Assembly (NCBI GenBank): GCA_013166835.1
Contig: JABLTI010000015.1
Location: 1-64,000, forward strand
Direction: 5' to 3'
DNA: 64,000 nt
From: Promethearchaeati archaeon
GTDB lineage: Archaea; Asgardarchaeota; Heimdallarchaeia; JABLTI01
The translations under genes were made by a program, and so were the position numbers. Positions 39,381 to 49,787 of the stretch are shown here, one piece after another; position 1 is the first letter of the stretch; the number at the start of each line of letters is the position of its first letter. The notes under the pieces are model-generated. The model did no database searches and was not told the DNA's origin. It saw only the letters and a list, made by a program, of their open reading frames with translations.

Positions 39381-41087
39381 GTGAAGAAAAAGACACAATT
39401 AACTTTCATTATAACTGTTCTAACGATAAGTTTGGTTTTTGGATTTAGTAATTTTCAATTACCAAATGCAATTCTACATCTTCGTTTTGATTATTTATTA
39501 CTCAATGAACCTAACATGGTTATGCAAGTGTATAATATCACTGCAGGAAATAATACTCAGATGTGGAGTGACTCTGAGATGTATTATACAATGAGATTTG
39601 AGTCAAATATTGATTTGAATATTACTGTAACATCAACAGATGATAATGACGTTTATCCTGCACTATTTAGATTAACTATTCATGTAAATGCAATTCCGTA
39701 TATTGTTGATCAAGATGATTATACATGGGAAGAAACACTCTATTATAGTGGTGATTATAATTATCTTATTTTCACCTATAATGAAATTACTTCAGTGAAT
39801 ATTCATACTGTATTAAACGAAACAGATAGAGAAGATACTAATTTCTGGGTTAAAGCAAGATACTTTGATACTTCAAGTTGGTTATATGAGGATTCTTCAA
39901 CAGAAGAAGAGACTTTTCTTTCATTCCAAGTAATGCCTGGAGAAATTTGGGAAATATATGTTGAAACAGTCGGTAATCCAACTATTTATCCACTAAATTT
40001 TACAATGAATATAGATATTTCAGATAAAACAAGTGTAAATACTAATCCTGCGGAATTTAGTAGTTTTCTAACTGAAGAGGATAGCTCCCACTTTTATGAA
40101 ATAGCCATTACTGAAGCTCCAATTAAAATGCGAGTATTTTATGTATCAAACTATACTCTAAACTTGTATATATTCAATACAACACATGAAATTTTCAACG
40201 AATGGGATCCAGGATGGGATTATACTTTCACTGAAAATGGTGATTATTTACTAAAAGTATCTTGGAATACTCCTATAGCTTTGACAAAGAACAACTATAC
40301 ACTAGAGATTCAAATCGGTGCATTAGAAGTAGATCTCGAACTGGATGAACTTTTAATTTTAGAAGATAATTTCTTCTCTACGAGTGATAATATACAATAT
40401 GATATCAATATACCTGCAGGCCATTATCAATTCAAAATTCTGGAATTAGGTTCCCGTCATAATTGGGTTCTTAACTTTACACAAGGCTACTCTGATGGTT
40501 GGGCTAATTTCTACTATACTGTAACATGGATTCCACCCGTTTTCTTTCTGAAAACTCATAATTTCAAAGATCCAGTTTACTCAAAACTAGTTGATCAATC
40601 TTGTAGTCTAACATTTAATCTGAGCCAACATAGTTCTGCGTTAGATTTCAAAGTAGGACTTCTTATACAAGAATATATTTTACCTGATGACTATGAGGAA
40701 GACATCCTAACAGGTGAATTTCTAAATGAAGCTGATTTTGATATGTATAGAGTAAATGTTACAGAAACAAAATTCCTTAATATTTCACTTGATACTTCTT
40801 TACCAAATTCCATTGAAAATGTTTCAATACAAATCTATAATAACGAATTTGAATCAATTTATTTGTTGGCATTGAATGATTCTTATATAATCGAATTTGA
40901 ACCACCTGCACCAGGAATCTATTATATTGTAATAAAATCTGATGGATCCTTAGGTGAATACTATCTATTAGTTAAAGTTCTGGAAGTAACAAAGAAAAGC
41001 TCAGGATTCGATTTTGCGATATCCATAATCAGTTTGCTAACAATAGAAATTGTCTGTTTAGTTTACTCGAGAAGAAGAAAGAAATGA
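39381..41087 (+). CDS. secreted beta-rich surface protein with PPC-like domains and C-terminal TM anchor
   Basis: Signal peptide; DMYRVNV...PGIYYIVIKS...GEYYL; SGF + TM + RRRKK. Confidence 0.75.
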   Translation: MKKKTQLTFIITVLTISLVFGFSNFQLPNAILHLRFDYLLLNEPNMVMQVYNITAGNNTQMWSDSEMYYTMRFESNIDLNITVTSTDDNDVYPALFRLTIHVNAIPYIVDQDDYTWEETLYYSGDYNYLIFTYNEITSVNIHTVLNETDREDTNFWVKARYFDTSSWLYEDSSTEEETFLSFQVMPGEIWEIYVETVGNPTIYPLNFTMNIDISDKTSVNTNPAEFSSFLTEEDSSHFYEIAITEAPIKMRVFYVSNYTLNLYIFNTTHEIFNEWDPGWDYTFTENGDYLLKVSWNTPIALTKNNYTLEIQIGALEVDLELDELLILEDNFFSTSDNIQYDINIPAGHYQFKILELGSRHNWVLNFTQGYSDGWANFYYTVTWIPPVFFLKTHNFKDPVYSKLVDQSCSLTFNLSQHSSALDFKVGLLIQEYILPDDYEEDILTGEFLNEADFDMYRVNVTETKFLNISLDTSLPNSIENVSIQIYNNEFESIYLLALNDSYIIEFEPPAPGIYYIVIKSDGSLGEYYLLVKVLEVTKKSSGFDFAISIISLLTIEIVCLVYSRRRKK

Positions 41088-41128
41088 AGATTTATTCTTC
41101 AGCTTCTTCTATACCCTCTTTTTCTTGT

Positions 41129-41297
41129 TTTTCTTTTGATAAACTCACTGAATGTCTTTTTAGTTTTAAGACTCGACATGGTTTCACAAAGAAAGAATTC
41201 ATTCAAGAAGCAATTGAATATTATTCAAAAATCTCAAAGATCCCTATAACTTCTGAATAAAAAAGAAGTGAAAGGATATCCTATATTTAGGATTTCC
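41129..41297 (+). pseudogene. diverged duplicate of the AOR 3' end plus downstream sequence (copy of 39012-39180)
   Basis: Translates FSFDKLTECLFSFKTRHGFTKKEFIQEAIEYYSKISKIPITSE* versus AOR FSMDKLAERIFSFKTPHGFIKREFIHEAIEYYSKLSSIPLNSE*. Confidence 0.9.
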
Positions 41298-41309
41298 CAA
41301 ATATATTTT

Positions 41310-42209
41310 TCATTTTGTTTTTAACAGCCAGTCCGGATCAAATTTACCAATATAATCCACTGTTAAAAGTTTCCTGCCAGTAAAGAATGAAGTAAGAGGT
41401 CCAGTTTCTTGAACTATTATTTCCTTATTTTCTGGATTGTATTTTTCAATGTGTTTGAGTATCTCATCTGCTGCTTCTGGCCATCTGGTATGATTGATAA
41501 ATAATGTCTTATTGTCTGGATGCATGTTTCGTAAAGCTTCTACTCCAAGATTCTTCATTTGTTGAATTATTAGATTATCATCTGCTCGGAGTTGTCCATA
41601 AATGTGTACTTCGCCATCGACATATCCACAAACTGGTTTAAATTTCAAAATGTTTGCTAAAAATTTCTTTGTTTTTGAAATTCGTCCTGCTCGGGCAAGA
41701 TTATCCAGAGTATTCATTATTCCTTTTAAATGTAAATCAGGTAACCATTCTTCGACTTTCTTTACAACTTCCTCTTTTGATTTGCCATCAGATGCTAGTC
41801 TTGCTGCTTCAAGTGCTATTAATCCTAATGAAGAACAAGTAACTTGGGAATCATAGACACTGATATCTTTATCTTGTAAGTGTTGCTTAACAACACTTTG
41901 AGCTGTCCTGAATGTTCCAGACAGTTTTTCAGAGATAAAAAGACCAATGACTGTATCAGCAACTGTTAACGCTTCTTCAAAAGCCTTCAGAAAGACACCT
42001 GGACCCGGGATTGCTGTTGTTGGAATTTCTTCGTCAACAAGACTATAGTATTCATCCCAAGTAATGCCTTTCTCTATTCCCTCAACTTTGTATGTTTTAC
42101 TTTCAAAATTTATCAAAATTGGCAGAATAGTTATTTTATGTTTTTCAACAAACTCTGGTGGAAGATCCGATGAAGCATCTGTAATAATTGCTACTTTTCT
42201 TTTATTCAT
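41310..42209 (-). CDS. DegV-family fatty-acid-binding protein
   Basis: IITDASSDLP, ISEKLSGT and L.R.GRI motifs. Confidence 0.9.
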   Translation of the reverse strand: MNKRKVAIITDASSDLPPEFVEKHKITILPILINFESKTYKVEGIEKGITWDEYYSLVDEEIPTTAIPGPGVFLKAFEEALTVADTVIGLFISEKLSGTFRTAQSVVKQHLQDKDISVYDSQVTCSSLGLIALEAARLASDGKSKEEVVKKVEEWLPDLHLKGIMNTLDNLARAGRISKTKKFLANILKFKPVCGYVDGEVHIYGQLRADDNLIIQQMKNLGVEALRNMHPDNKTLFINHTRWPEAADEILKHIEKYNPENKEIIVQETGPLTSFFTGRKLLTVDYIGKFDPDWLLKTK

Positions 42210-42356
42210 AATTATAAATCTCCTGTTATTTAATCACACAATTAGGTGATTAGAATTTAAAATAATTATAAGTTTATAACTTTTTTTTACCGACAAATAC
42301 TTGCTTAATAAAAAAAGAAAAGGAGAAAAGCTCCAAAAAGAGCACAAAATTACTTT

Positions 42357-43256
42357 CTATTTTGTATCCATTAGCCAATTTGAATCGAATTTTCCTATGT
42401 AACCAAAAGCTAGCAATTTCTTTCCAGTATAGAAAGCATTTATTACACCAGTTTCTTGGATGATTATTTCTTTCTTCTCAGGATTTACTGTGTTAAGATA
42501 AGCAACTATTTCTTCTGCTGCTTTAGGCCACCGAGAGTGTGCAAGAAATAATGTATTGTTATCCTCAACCATGTTTTGTAATGCTTGCTCACCAAATTTC
42601 TTCATTTGTTTAATGATTAGGGCATCATCAGCTTTAATATTACCATACACATGTATTTCATCATCAACAAAACCTAAAACTGGTTTGTAATTCAGTATGT
42701 TAGCAAAGAATTTCTTAGTTTTTGATAGCCTTCCAGTTCGTACAAGATTATCGAGTTGGTTAATGATTCCAGCATAATTTACCTTCTTAATCCAATTTTC
42801 AACTTTCTTACAAACATCAGCTTTAGTATGTCCAGCAGCTGCAAGACGAGCTGCTTCTACGACAACAACTCCAACACCCACACTGTTAACACCAGCGTGA
42901 TAGATACTAATGTCATTATCTGGCATATGTTGTTTCGCTACCATTGTGGCAGTATTATATACTCCAGAAAGCTTATTTGAAATGAAAATTCCGATAACTG
43001 ATTCTGCAATTTCAAGTGCTTTGTTAAAAGTTTTCATAAACACTCCTGGACCAGGTATTCCTGTTGAAGGAACTTCCTTCTCAGCAATTTTGTAGAATTC
43101 ATCCCAAGTAAATCCTTTCTCAATACCCTCGGATTTAAAGGATTCTTCCTCAAAATTCATCAGAATTGGAAGTATTGTGATATTATATTTTTCCTCTAAT
43201 TTGGGTGGTATATCACCAGAGGCATCAGTTACAATCGCTACTTTTCTTTTATTCAA
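42357..43256 (-). CDS. DegV-family fatty-acid-binding protein (tandem paralogue)
   Basis: IVTDASGDIP, ISNKLSGV and LVRTGRL motifs. Confidence 0.9.
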   Translation of the reverse strand: MNKRKVAIVTDASGDIPPKLEEKYNITILPILMNFEEESFKSEGIEKGFTWDEFYKIAEKEVPSTGIPGPGVFMKTFNKALEIAESVIGIFISNKLSGVYNTATMVAKQHMPDNDISIYHAGVNSVGVGVVVVEAARLAAAGHTKADVCKKVENWIKKVNYAGIINQLDNLVRTGRLSKTKKFFANILNYKPVLGFVDDEIHVYGNIKADDALIIKQMKKFGEQALQNMVEDNNTLFLAHSRWPKAAEEIVAYLNTVNPEKKEIIIQETGVINAFYTGKKLLAFGYIGKFDSNWLMDTK

Positions 43257-43501
43257 TGTTGGAAATCTCCGTAAAACAATAATTGCTTATTTTTATCGAT
43301 TAATATGTAAGAAAACTTGCATTTATTTAACTTTTATGTACATGGATTCATTAATTACTAAGAAATTTGTATTTACAAGATAAATTTGATTTACTTTCAT
43401 TATAGATAATTTTATTTAAGTTGAATATTTTTCTGTTGGAATATCTTCATTAGAATTTAAATTACAGTATTAGAGAGTATTTAACATATGGTGACAATAT
43501 A

Positions 43502-44803
43502 ATGAATTCATACGAAAAATTAACTCCTCCAACAAATGGTGAAAAAATTACAAAAGATAAAGATGGAAACCTTATCGTTCCTGATAAACCTATTATTCCT
43601 TATATAGCTGGGGATGGTATTGGACCAGAAGTAGTGGATGCAATGCGAACAGTAGTTGATGCTGCTGTAAAAACCGCCTATAAAGGTAAAAAAGAAATTA
43701 TTTGGTTTGAGATTTACGCGGGAGATAAAGCTCGAGTTATCTATGCTCCTGACGTTACTGAAAAGCAACTCAAGGATATGGACCTCAAAGATGTTAGAAA
43801 CCTCTTTCTACCTAAAGATACGTTGAAAGCGATAACTGATTATAGAGTTGCTATTAAAGGACCTCTCACTACACCTATAGGGGGAGGATTTAGAAGCTTA
43901 AACGTAGCAATTAGACAATTACTAGATCTTTATGCTTGTGTTAGACCAGTTTCTCATATTAAGGGTGTTCCTGCACCAGTAAAAGCACCTGAGAAAGTAA
44001 ATATGGTTATTTTCAGAGAAAATATAGAAGATGTTTACTCTGGAATAGAATTTGAACCAGAATCAGAAGACGCAAAGAAATTAATCAAATATATGAATGA
44101 TGAACTAGGAACCAAGATAATTATGGAATCTGGTATTGGAATAAAACCAATGTCTTGGGTAAATACTTCGAGATTAGTTAGAAAGGCTATTAGTTATGCT
44201 TTAGACAAAGGATATGATTCAGTTACCCTTGTACATAAAGGTAATATAATGAAGTTCACTGAAGGCAAGTTCAAGGAGTGGGGTTATAAATTAGCTGCTC
44301 AAGAATTTTCTGACACTGTTATTAGTGAAAATGATCTTTGGGCAAAGCATGATGGAAAACTACCGAAAGGTAAAATCTTGATTAAAGACAGAATTGCGGA
44401 TTCAATGTTTCAACAAATTCTACTTAGACCAGATGAATACGGTGTTCTTGCATTACCAAACCTAAATGGTGACTACATAAGTGATGCTTTAGCAGCTCAA
44501 GTTGGTGGCTTAGGTTTTGCTCCTGGAGCAAATATTGGTGATGAAGCTGCAGTATTTGAAGCAACTCATGGAACTGCACCAAAACATGCTGGTAAAAACA
44601 AAGTAAATCCTGGATCAGTTATCTTTTCTGCTGTAATGATGCTTGACTATATGGGTTGGACAGAAGCTTGTGATATCATTAACACTGCAATAGAGAAAAC
44701 TGTTCTGCAAAAGAAAGTTACCTATGATATTGCTAGACAATTGAAAGATGTGACACCTTTAGGAACATCCAATTTTGCAGATGCAATAATTGAAAATATG
44801 TAA
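43502..44803 (+). CDS. icd: NADP-dependent isocitrate dehydrogenase
   Basis: [42 protein letters not shown] and EATHGTAPK motifs. Confidence 0.95.
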   Translation: MNSYEKLTPPTNGEKITKDKDGNLIVPDKPIIPYIAGDGIGPEVVDAMRTVVDAAVKTAYKGKKEIIWFEIYAGDKARVIYAPDVTEKQLKDMDLKDVRNLFLPKDTLKAITDYRVAIKGPLTTPIGGGFRSLNVAIRQLLDLYACVRPVSHIKGVPAPVKAPEKVNMVIFRENIEDVYSGIEFEPESEDAKKLIKYMNDELGTKIIMESGIGIKPMSWVNTSRLVRKAISYALDKGYDSVTLVHKGNIMKFTEGKFKEWGYKLAAQEFSDTVISENDLWAKHDGKLPKGKILIKDRIADSMFQQILLRPDEYGVLALPNLNGDYISDALAAQVGGLGFAPGANIGDEAAVFEATHGTAPKHAGKNKVNPGSVIFSAVMMLDYMGWTEACDIINTAIEKTVLQKKVTYDIARQLKDVTPLGTSNFADAIIENM

Positions 44804-44834
44804 AAAAAATCACTACAATCGAAGGTCCTTGATT

Positions 44835-46943
44835 ATGAGTGGTAAAAATATTGTTCAGAAAATCTTAGAAGCTCACAATATATCTGAGAAACCAATAAAT
44901 GAATTCAAACTTGGTGATCCAATATTCGTAACTATTGATCAATGTATAACACAAGATGCTACTGGAACTATGGCTTGGTTGGAATTTGAAGCAATTAATA
45001 TTCCAGAGGTAAAAGTTCCTTTAGTAATTTCTTATATTGATCATAATATGTTACAAACTGATTTTAGAAATGCTGATGATCACCAGTTTCTGCGAACCAT
45101 TGCAGCTAAGAAAGGGGCTATCTTATCAAAACCAGGAAATGGTATAATACATCAAGTTCATCTTGAGAATTTCGCTACACCCGGTAAAATTATGCTTGGA
45201 ACTGATTCTCACACACCAACGGGTGGTGGTGTAGGATCTCTTGCAATAGGTGTTGGAGGATTAGTAGTTGCCACTGTTATGGCAGGAGAACCCTTTGAGT
45301 TAAAATACCCGAATGTTGTAAAAGTGAATCTTAGTGGAAAACTAAATCGTCCATGGGTTACAGCTATGGATGTTATTCTTGAACTCCTAAAACTCCGTGG
45401 TGTCAAAGGTGGATTAAAATCAATCTTTGAATACTCAGGTCCGGGAGTAAAAGATCTCACAGCACCAGAGAGGGCGACAATAACAAATATGGGCGCAGAA
45501 TTGGGTGCAACAACTTCCATATTTCCAAGTGATGAGCTAACAAAACACTTCTTAAAAGCACAAAACCGAGAAGAGGATTATACTTTACTCGTTGCTGATG
45601 ATGATGCTGAATATGATGAAATTGTGGAAATTGACCTTTCTAAGCTAGAACCAAATGTTGCATTACCACATAGTCCAGGTTCTGTCGTAAAAATACGGGA
45701 ATTAGTAGAACGAGTACCAATTTCAAAGCTTCTCGAGCGATTCCCAAAGAAAGTTCATGTAGATATTAAAACACACGTAGGAAGATTGTATGAACGTAAT
45801 TTAGAAGTAGATCAAGTCTGTGTTGGTAGCTGTACTAATGCTTCTTATCTTGTCCTTGCTACTACAGCTTCAATTCTAAAAGATCAAACTGTCGCTTCAA
45901 ATATTAGTATGACTGTTTCCCCCGGTTCAAAAAATGTTTTCATGCAATTAGCAAAAGAAGGGCTTTTAACAGACATCATTGGTTCTGGTGTTAGAATACT
46001 AGAAAGTGGTTGTGGTCCTTGTATTGGGATGGGGCAAACTCCACCAACAAATGGGATTTCTGTAAGAACCTTCAACCGTAATTTCTATGGTCGAACTGGC
46101 GAAAAAACTGCTGGGGCATATTTGATGAGTCCGACATCTGCTTCGTTAATAGCACTTAAAGGAAAATTTGTCGATTCACTAAAAGAGAAAACAATTAAAC
46201 CAAAAATCTTTGATGAACCAGATGATTTCATTACCTCAAAAAACATGTTCATTTATCCCCCAAAAGATAAGTCAGCACGAGAAAAAATAGAAATCATTAA
46301 AGGACCTAATATTGCTGATTGCCCAATAAATGATCCCTTATCATCTGAAATAAAAGGTCTTGTTCTATTGAAAACTACAGATGATATTACTACAGATGAC
46401 ATAATGATGGCTGGCGCAAAAGTTTTACCATTACGATCAAACATTCCTGCCATTTCTCAATACGTCTTTAATCCTATAGATGAAAAGTTTGTTATTAAGG
46501 CTAAAAAATTAAATCCTAATAATAAGCGACGGGTTTTTATTGTAATTGCAGGGAACAATTACGGACAAGGTTCAAGTAGAGAACACGCAGCAATAGCTCC
46601 AATGTGGTTAGGATTAGGAGCAGTATTAGCAAAAAGCATAGCACGAATACATCGAGACAATTTAATTCAATGGGGAATGTTGCCACTCGAATTTGTTGAT
46701 CCGAAAGACTATGACAAAATAAATCAGGAAGATGTTTTGATTTTGAAAGGTTTAGATGCCCTTCGAGAGGGGATTTCTGAAATTGAAATAAAAAATGAAA
46801 CAAAAGAATTCACTTTTAAAGCAAAGTTAAACCTTTCATCAAAGGAAATTGAAATGTTGAGTAAAGGTGGAGCATTACCTTTAATTAAAACAAAAATCTC
46901 ACAAACAATTAATCTAGCTGTTCGCTCAGAGGATTTCCTCTAA
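44835..46943 (+). CDS. aconitate hydratase (single-chain, archaeal/clostridial type)
   Basis: TQDATGT, DHN, DSHT, GSCTN, CGPCIG and GSSREHA motifs; start MSGK at 44835. Confidence 0.92.
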   Translation: MSGKNIVQKILEAHNISEKPINEFKLGDPIFVTIDQCITQDATGTMAWLEFEAINIPEVKVPLVISYIDHNMLQTDFRNADDHQFLRTIAAKKGAILSKPGNGIIHQVHLENFATPGKIMLGTDSHTPTGGGVGSLAIGVGGLVVATVMAGEPFELKYPNVVKVNLSGKLNRPWVTAMDVILELLKLRGVKGGLKSIFEYSGPGVKDLTAPERATITNMGAELGATTSIFPSDELTKHFLKAQNREEDYTLLVADDDAEYDEIVEIDLSKLEPNVALPHSPGSVVKIRELVERVPISKLLERFPKKVHVDIKTHVGRLYERNLEVDQVCVGSCTNASYLVLATTASILKDQTVASNISMTVSPGSKNVFMQLAKEGLLTDIIGSGVRILESGCGPCIGMGQTPPTNGISVRTFNRNFYGRTGEKTAGAYLMSPTSASLIALKGKFVDSLKEKTIKPKIFDEPDDFITSKNMFIYPPKDKSAREKIEIIKGPNIADCPINDPLSSEIKGLVLLKTTDDITTDDIMMAGAKVLPLRSNIPAISQYVFNPIDEKFVIKAKKLNPNNKRRVFIVIAGNNYGQGSSREHAAIAPMWLGLGAVLAKSIARIHRDNLIQWGMLPLEFVDPKDYDKINQEDVLILKGLDALREGISEIEIKNETKEFTFKAKLNLSSKEIEMLSKGGALPLIKTKISQTINLAVRSEDFL

Positions 46944-47002
46944 GCATGTTATATTTAATTAAAAATGTAAAAGAAATTATAGAGAAATTTGAGGTAAGGA
47001 AA

Positions 47003-47293
47003 ATGAAAATTGTGAGAACTGCACAAGCTGGTACATTGGAATCACAAGATATACTCATTATGGTTCATAAGGGTAAACCAAATACGGGTTTAGTGATAGA
47101 ACTTGAGAGTCCATCTGTAGTTCAATATGGTAGGAAAATTCGAGAAGAAATTCAATCCATTGTAGAAAATTATGGTGTTGAAGACGTCATTATCAAAGCA
47201 ATCGATAAAGGAGCTCTAGGATTTACAATTAAAGCAAGAACAGAAGTTGCGATTATAAGAGCAATATCAAAAAAAGAATCAAGCAGGTTATAA
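47003..47293 (+). CDS. citD: citrate lyase acyl carrier protein (gamma)
   Basis: AGTLES.D attachment motif and DKGAL...I.AR; GAGG SD before the ATG at 47003. Confidence 0.9.
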   Translation: MKIVRTAQAGTLESQDILIMVHKGKPNTGLVIELESPSVVQYGRKIREEIQSIVENYGVEDVIIKAIDKGALGFTIKARTEVAIIRAISKKESSRL

Positions 47294-47294
47294 A

Positions 47295-48221
47295 ATGAGC
47301 ACAAAGAAAGATTCTTTCAAGTTTGCCAAAAGAACTATTGAAGATGTCACAAAAATACGTCGAACTAGACTATATATTCCAGGTAATAATCCTGCAATGA
47401 TTCGAAATTCACCTTTGTTTGGTGCTGATCAAATAATCTTTGATTTAGAAGATGGTGTTGCTGTAAATCAAAAAGATGCTGCAAGAGCTCTAGTACGTAA
47501 TGCTTTACAAGAGTTGGATTTTGGCGATACAGAAGTTACAGTAAGAGTGAATGCTCTCGATACTGAATTCTTTGAGAATGATATACATGAAATTGTACCT
47601 GTAAAACCATATGCTATAGTACTTCCAAAATCTGAAGATGAAAAACAAATGCTCGATGTAAATGATCATATAATGATCACTGAAGAGAAAAGTGATTTAT
47701 CAATAGGAACAATAAAATTAACACCTATTATTGAATCAGCTTGGGGCGTGCTAAGAGCTGAAAATATCGCTTTAGCTTGTGATAGAATTGTGGGAATAAG
47801 CCCAGGTGGGGAGGATTTAACAGCTGATTTGGGAGCAGAAAGAACAACTGAAGGAGAAGAACTCCTCTACATTAGATCAAAATTAGTTTTAGCAGCAAGA
47901 GCAGCTGGAATTCAGGTGTATGATACTGTTTATACAAATGTGAGAGATATTCAGGGGCTTTATCATCAAACTGAAAGAATTGTTCGTTTAGGTTTTGATG
48001 GAAAAGCTTGTATTCATCCCTGTCAGATAGAACCAATCCATAACGCCTTCAAACCTTCAGACAGTGATATTGAACGAGCTAAAAGAATTATTGATGCCTA
48101 TAATTTAGCTCAAGCAGAAGGTGTAGGAGTTATTTGTGTAGATAATAGAATGATTGATGTTCCTGTTGTAAAAAGATCGGAACGAATTTTGAAACGAGCA
48201 GAAGCTGCAAAGAACAGGTAA
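47295..48221 (+). CDS. citE: citrate lyase beta subunit (citryl-ACP lyase)
   Basis: RRTRLYIPGN, FDLEDGV, VRVN and GFDGKACIHP motifs; operon context. Confidence 0.9.
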   Translation: MSTKKDSFKFAKRTIEDVTKIRRTRLYIPGNNPAMIRNSPLFGADQIIFDLEDGVAVNQKDAARALVRNALQELDFGDTEVTVRVNALDTEFFENDIHEIVPVKPYAIVLPKSEDEKQMLDVNDHIMITEEKSDLSIGTIKLTPIIESAWGVLRAENIALACDRIVGISPGGEDLTADLGAERTTEGEELLYIRSKLVLAARAAGIQVYDTVYTNVRDIQGLYHQTERIVRLGFDGKACIHPCQIEPIHNAFKPSDSDIERAKRIIDAYNLAQAEGVGVICVDNRMIDVPVVKRSERILKRAEAAKNR

Positions 48222-48236
48222 GCAGAGGTAATTTGA

Positions 48237-49787
48237 ATGGATTACAAAGTAAACGTTGTGGGAAGAAAAATACCCACTGAAATCGTTGGAAAGAAAATAT
48301 TCCCTTTTATGGGCATAGGAAGAGCTCAATTGCCTGATAGAAAAGTTGCACCAAAAATTAGAAGACGATTACCTGGGGAAACAAAACTCTTAGCAACAAT
48401 TGAGGAAGCAATCACAAAATCTGGTTTAAAGAATGGGATGACCATAAGTTTTCATCATCACTTTCGAGGTGGTGATAAATTAATGAATATGGTGATTAAG
48501 AAAATTGCTGAGATGGGTATAAAAGACATAACACTTGCACCTTCATCGATTCATCCCATCCATGCACCTTTAATAAACTATATCGAACAAGGTGTGATTA
48601 TCAATATTCAATGTGGCGTTACTGGACCAGTTGGTGATGCAATCTCTCAAGGAAAATTGAAAGGATTATTAACAGTGAGAAGTCATGGTGGAAGAGCACG
48701 ATCAGTTGAAGATGGAGACTGCCATATTGATATAGCATTTATTGGTGCACCAACAGCTGATGAATTCGGAAATCTTAACGGTGTTGATGGAAAACAGGCA
48801 TGTGGACCACTGGGTTATATGGTTCCAGATGCACAATATGCTGATATGGTTATTGCAGTAACAAATAATCTTGTTCCTTTTCCTTGTAACAATATAAGCA
48901 TTAATCAAAATCATGTGGATTATGTAGTTCAAATAAAGGACCCAATTGGTGATCCAACAGGCATTGTTTCTGGAACAACTCGAATTACAAGAGATCCTGT
49001 TAGATTAAGAATTGCTAGAAACTGCGTAAGTGTTATCGAAGCATCTGGTTTGTTAAAAGATGGTTTTTCTTTCCAAAGTGGTGCTGGTGGGATATCATTA
49101 GCTGTTACACAATTTCTTGGTGAACGAATGCTCGAACTAGAAATTCAAGGTTCTTTTGGTATGGGTGGTTCAACTTCTGCTTTAGTACAATTATTAGAGA
49201 AAGGGCTTTTTAGGAGACTTCTCGATGTTCAAGCTTTCGATAAAGAGGCTATTCGTTCATTAAAAGAAAATCCAAATCACATAGAAATAGGTGCAAGTCA
49301 ATATGCAAATATTCATAGTAGTGGTGCAGCGGTTGATGTTCTTGATACAGTGGTTTTGGGTGCAACAGAAATTGATGTTAATTTTAATGTAAATGTAGTT
49401 ACTGAATCAGATGGTAGAATACTACATGGAATTGGTGGGCATCAAGATACCTCGGAAGGAGCAAAATTAGCAATCATTGCAATTCCATTACTTCGTGGTC
49501 GAAATCCAGTTGTTGTAGATAATGTTACTACTTTAACTACTCCAGGGATGAATATTGATGTAGTAGTAACTGATTATGGTATTGCTTTGAATCCCGAAAG
49601 CAAATATTATCGTAGAATCAAAAGAGCTGAAGATTTGAGGTTTAAAACAATTGAACAACTTCGAGATACAGCTTATACTCTTGTTGGCGGTCCACCTGAT
49701 CCAATACCTTTTGATGACCGGATAGTTGCTATAATTGAACATCGTGATGGAACAGTTTTAGATGTTATTAGAAAAATAAGTGACTGA
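48237..49787 (+). CDS. citF: citrate lyase alpha subunit (citrate:acetyl-ACP transferase)
   Basis: GMTISFHHHFRGGD, SHGGR, FQSGAGG, LGATEIDVNFNVNV and GGHQDT motifs. Confidence 0.93.
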   Translation: MDYKVNVVGRKIPTEIVGKKIFPFMGIGRAQLPDRKVAPKIRRRLPGETKLLATIEEAITKSGLKNGMTISFHHHFRGGDKLMNMVIKKIAEMGIKDITLAPSSIHPIHAPLINYIEQGVIINIQCGVTGPVGDAISQGKLKGLLTVRSHGGRARSVEDGDCHIDIAFIGAPTADEFGNLNGVDGKQACGPLGYMVPDAQYADMVIAVTNNLVPFPCNNISINQNHVDYVVQIKDPIGDPTGIVSGTTRITRDPVRLRIARNCVSVIEASGLLKDGFSFQSGAGGISLAVTQFLGERMLELEIQGSFGMGGSTSALVQLLEKGLFRRLLDVQAFDKEAIRSLKENPNHIEIGASQYANIHSSGAAVDVLDTVVLGATEIDVNFNVNVVTESDGRILHGIGGHQDTSEGAKLAIIAIPLLRGRNPVVVDNVTTLTTPGMNIDVVVTDYGIALNPESKYYRRIKRAEDLRFKTIEQLRDTAYTLVGGPPDPIPFDDRIVAIIEHRDGTVLDVIRKISD

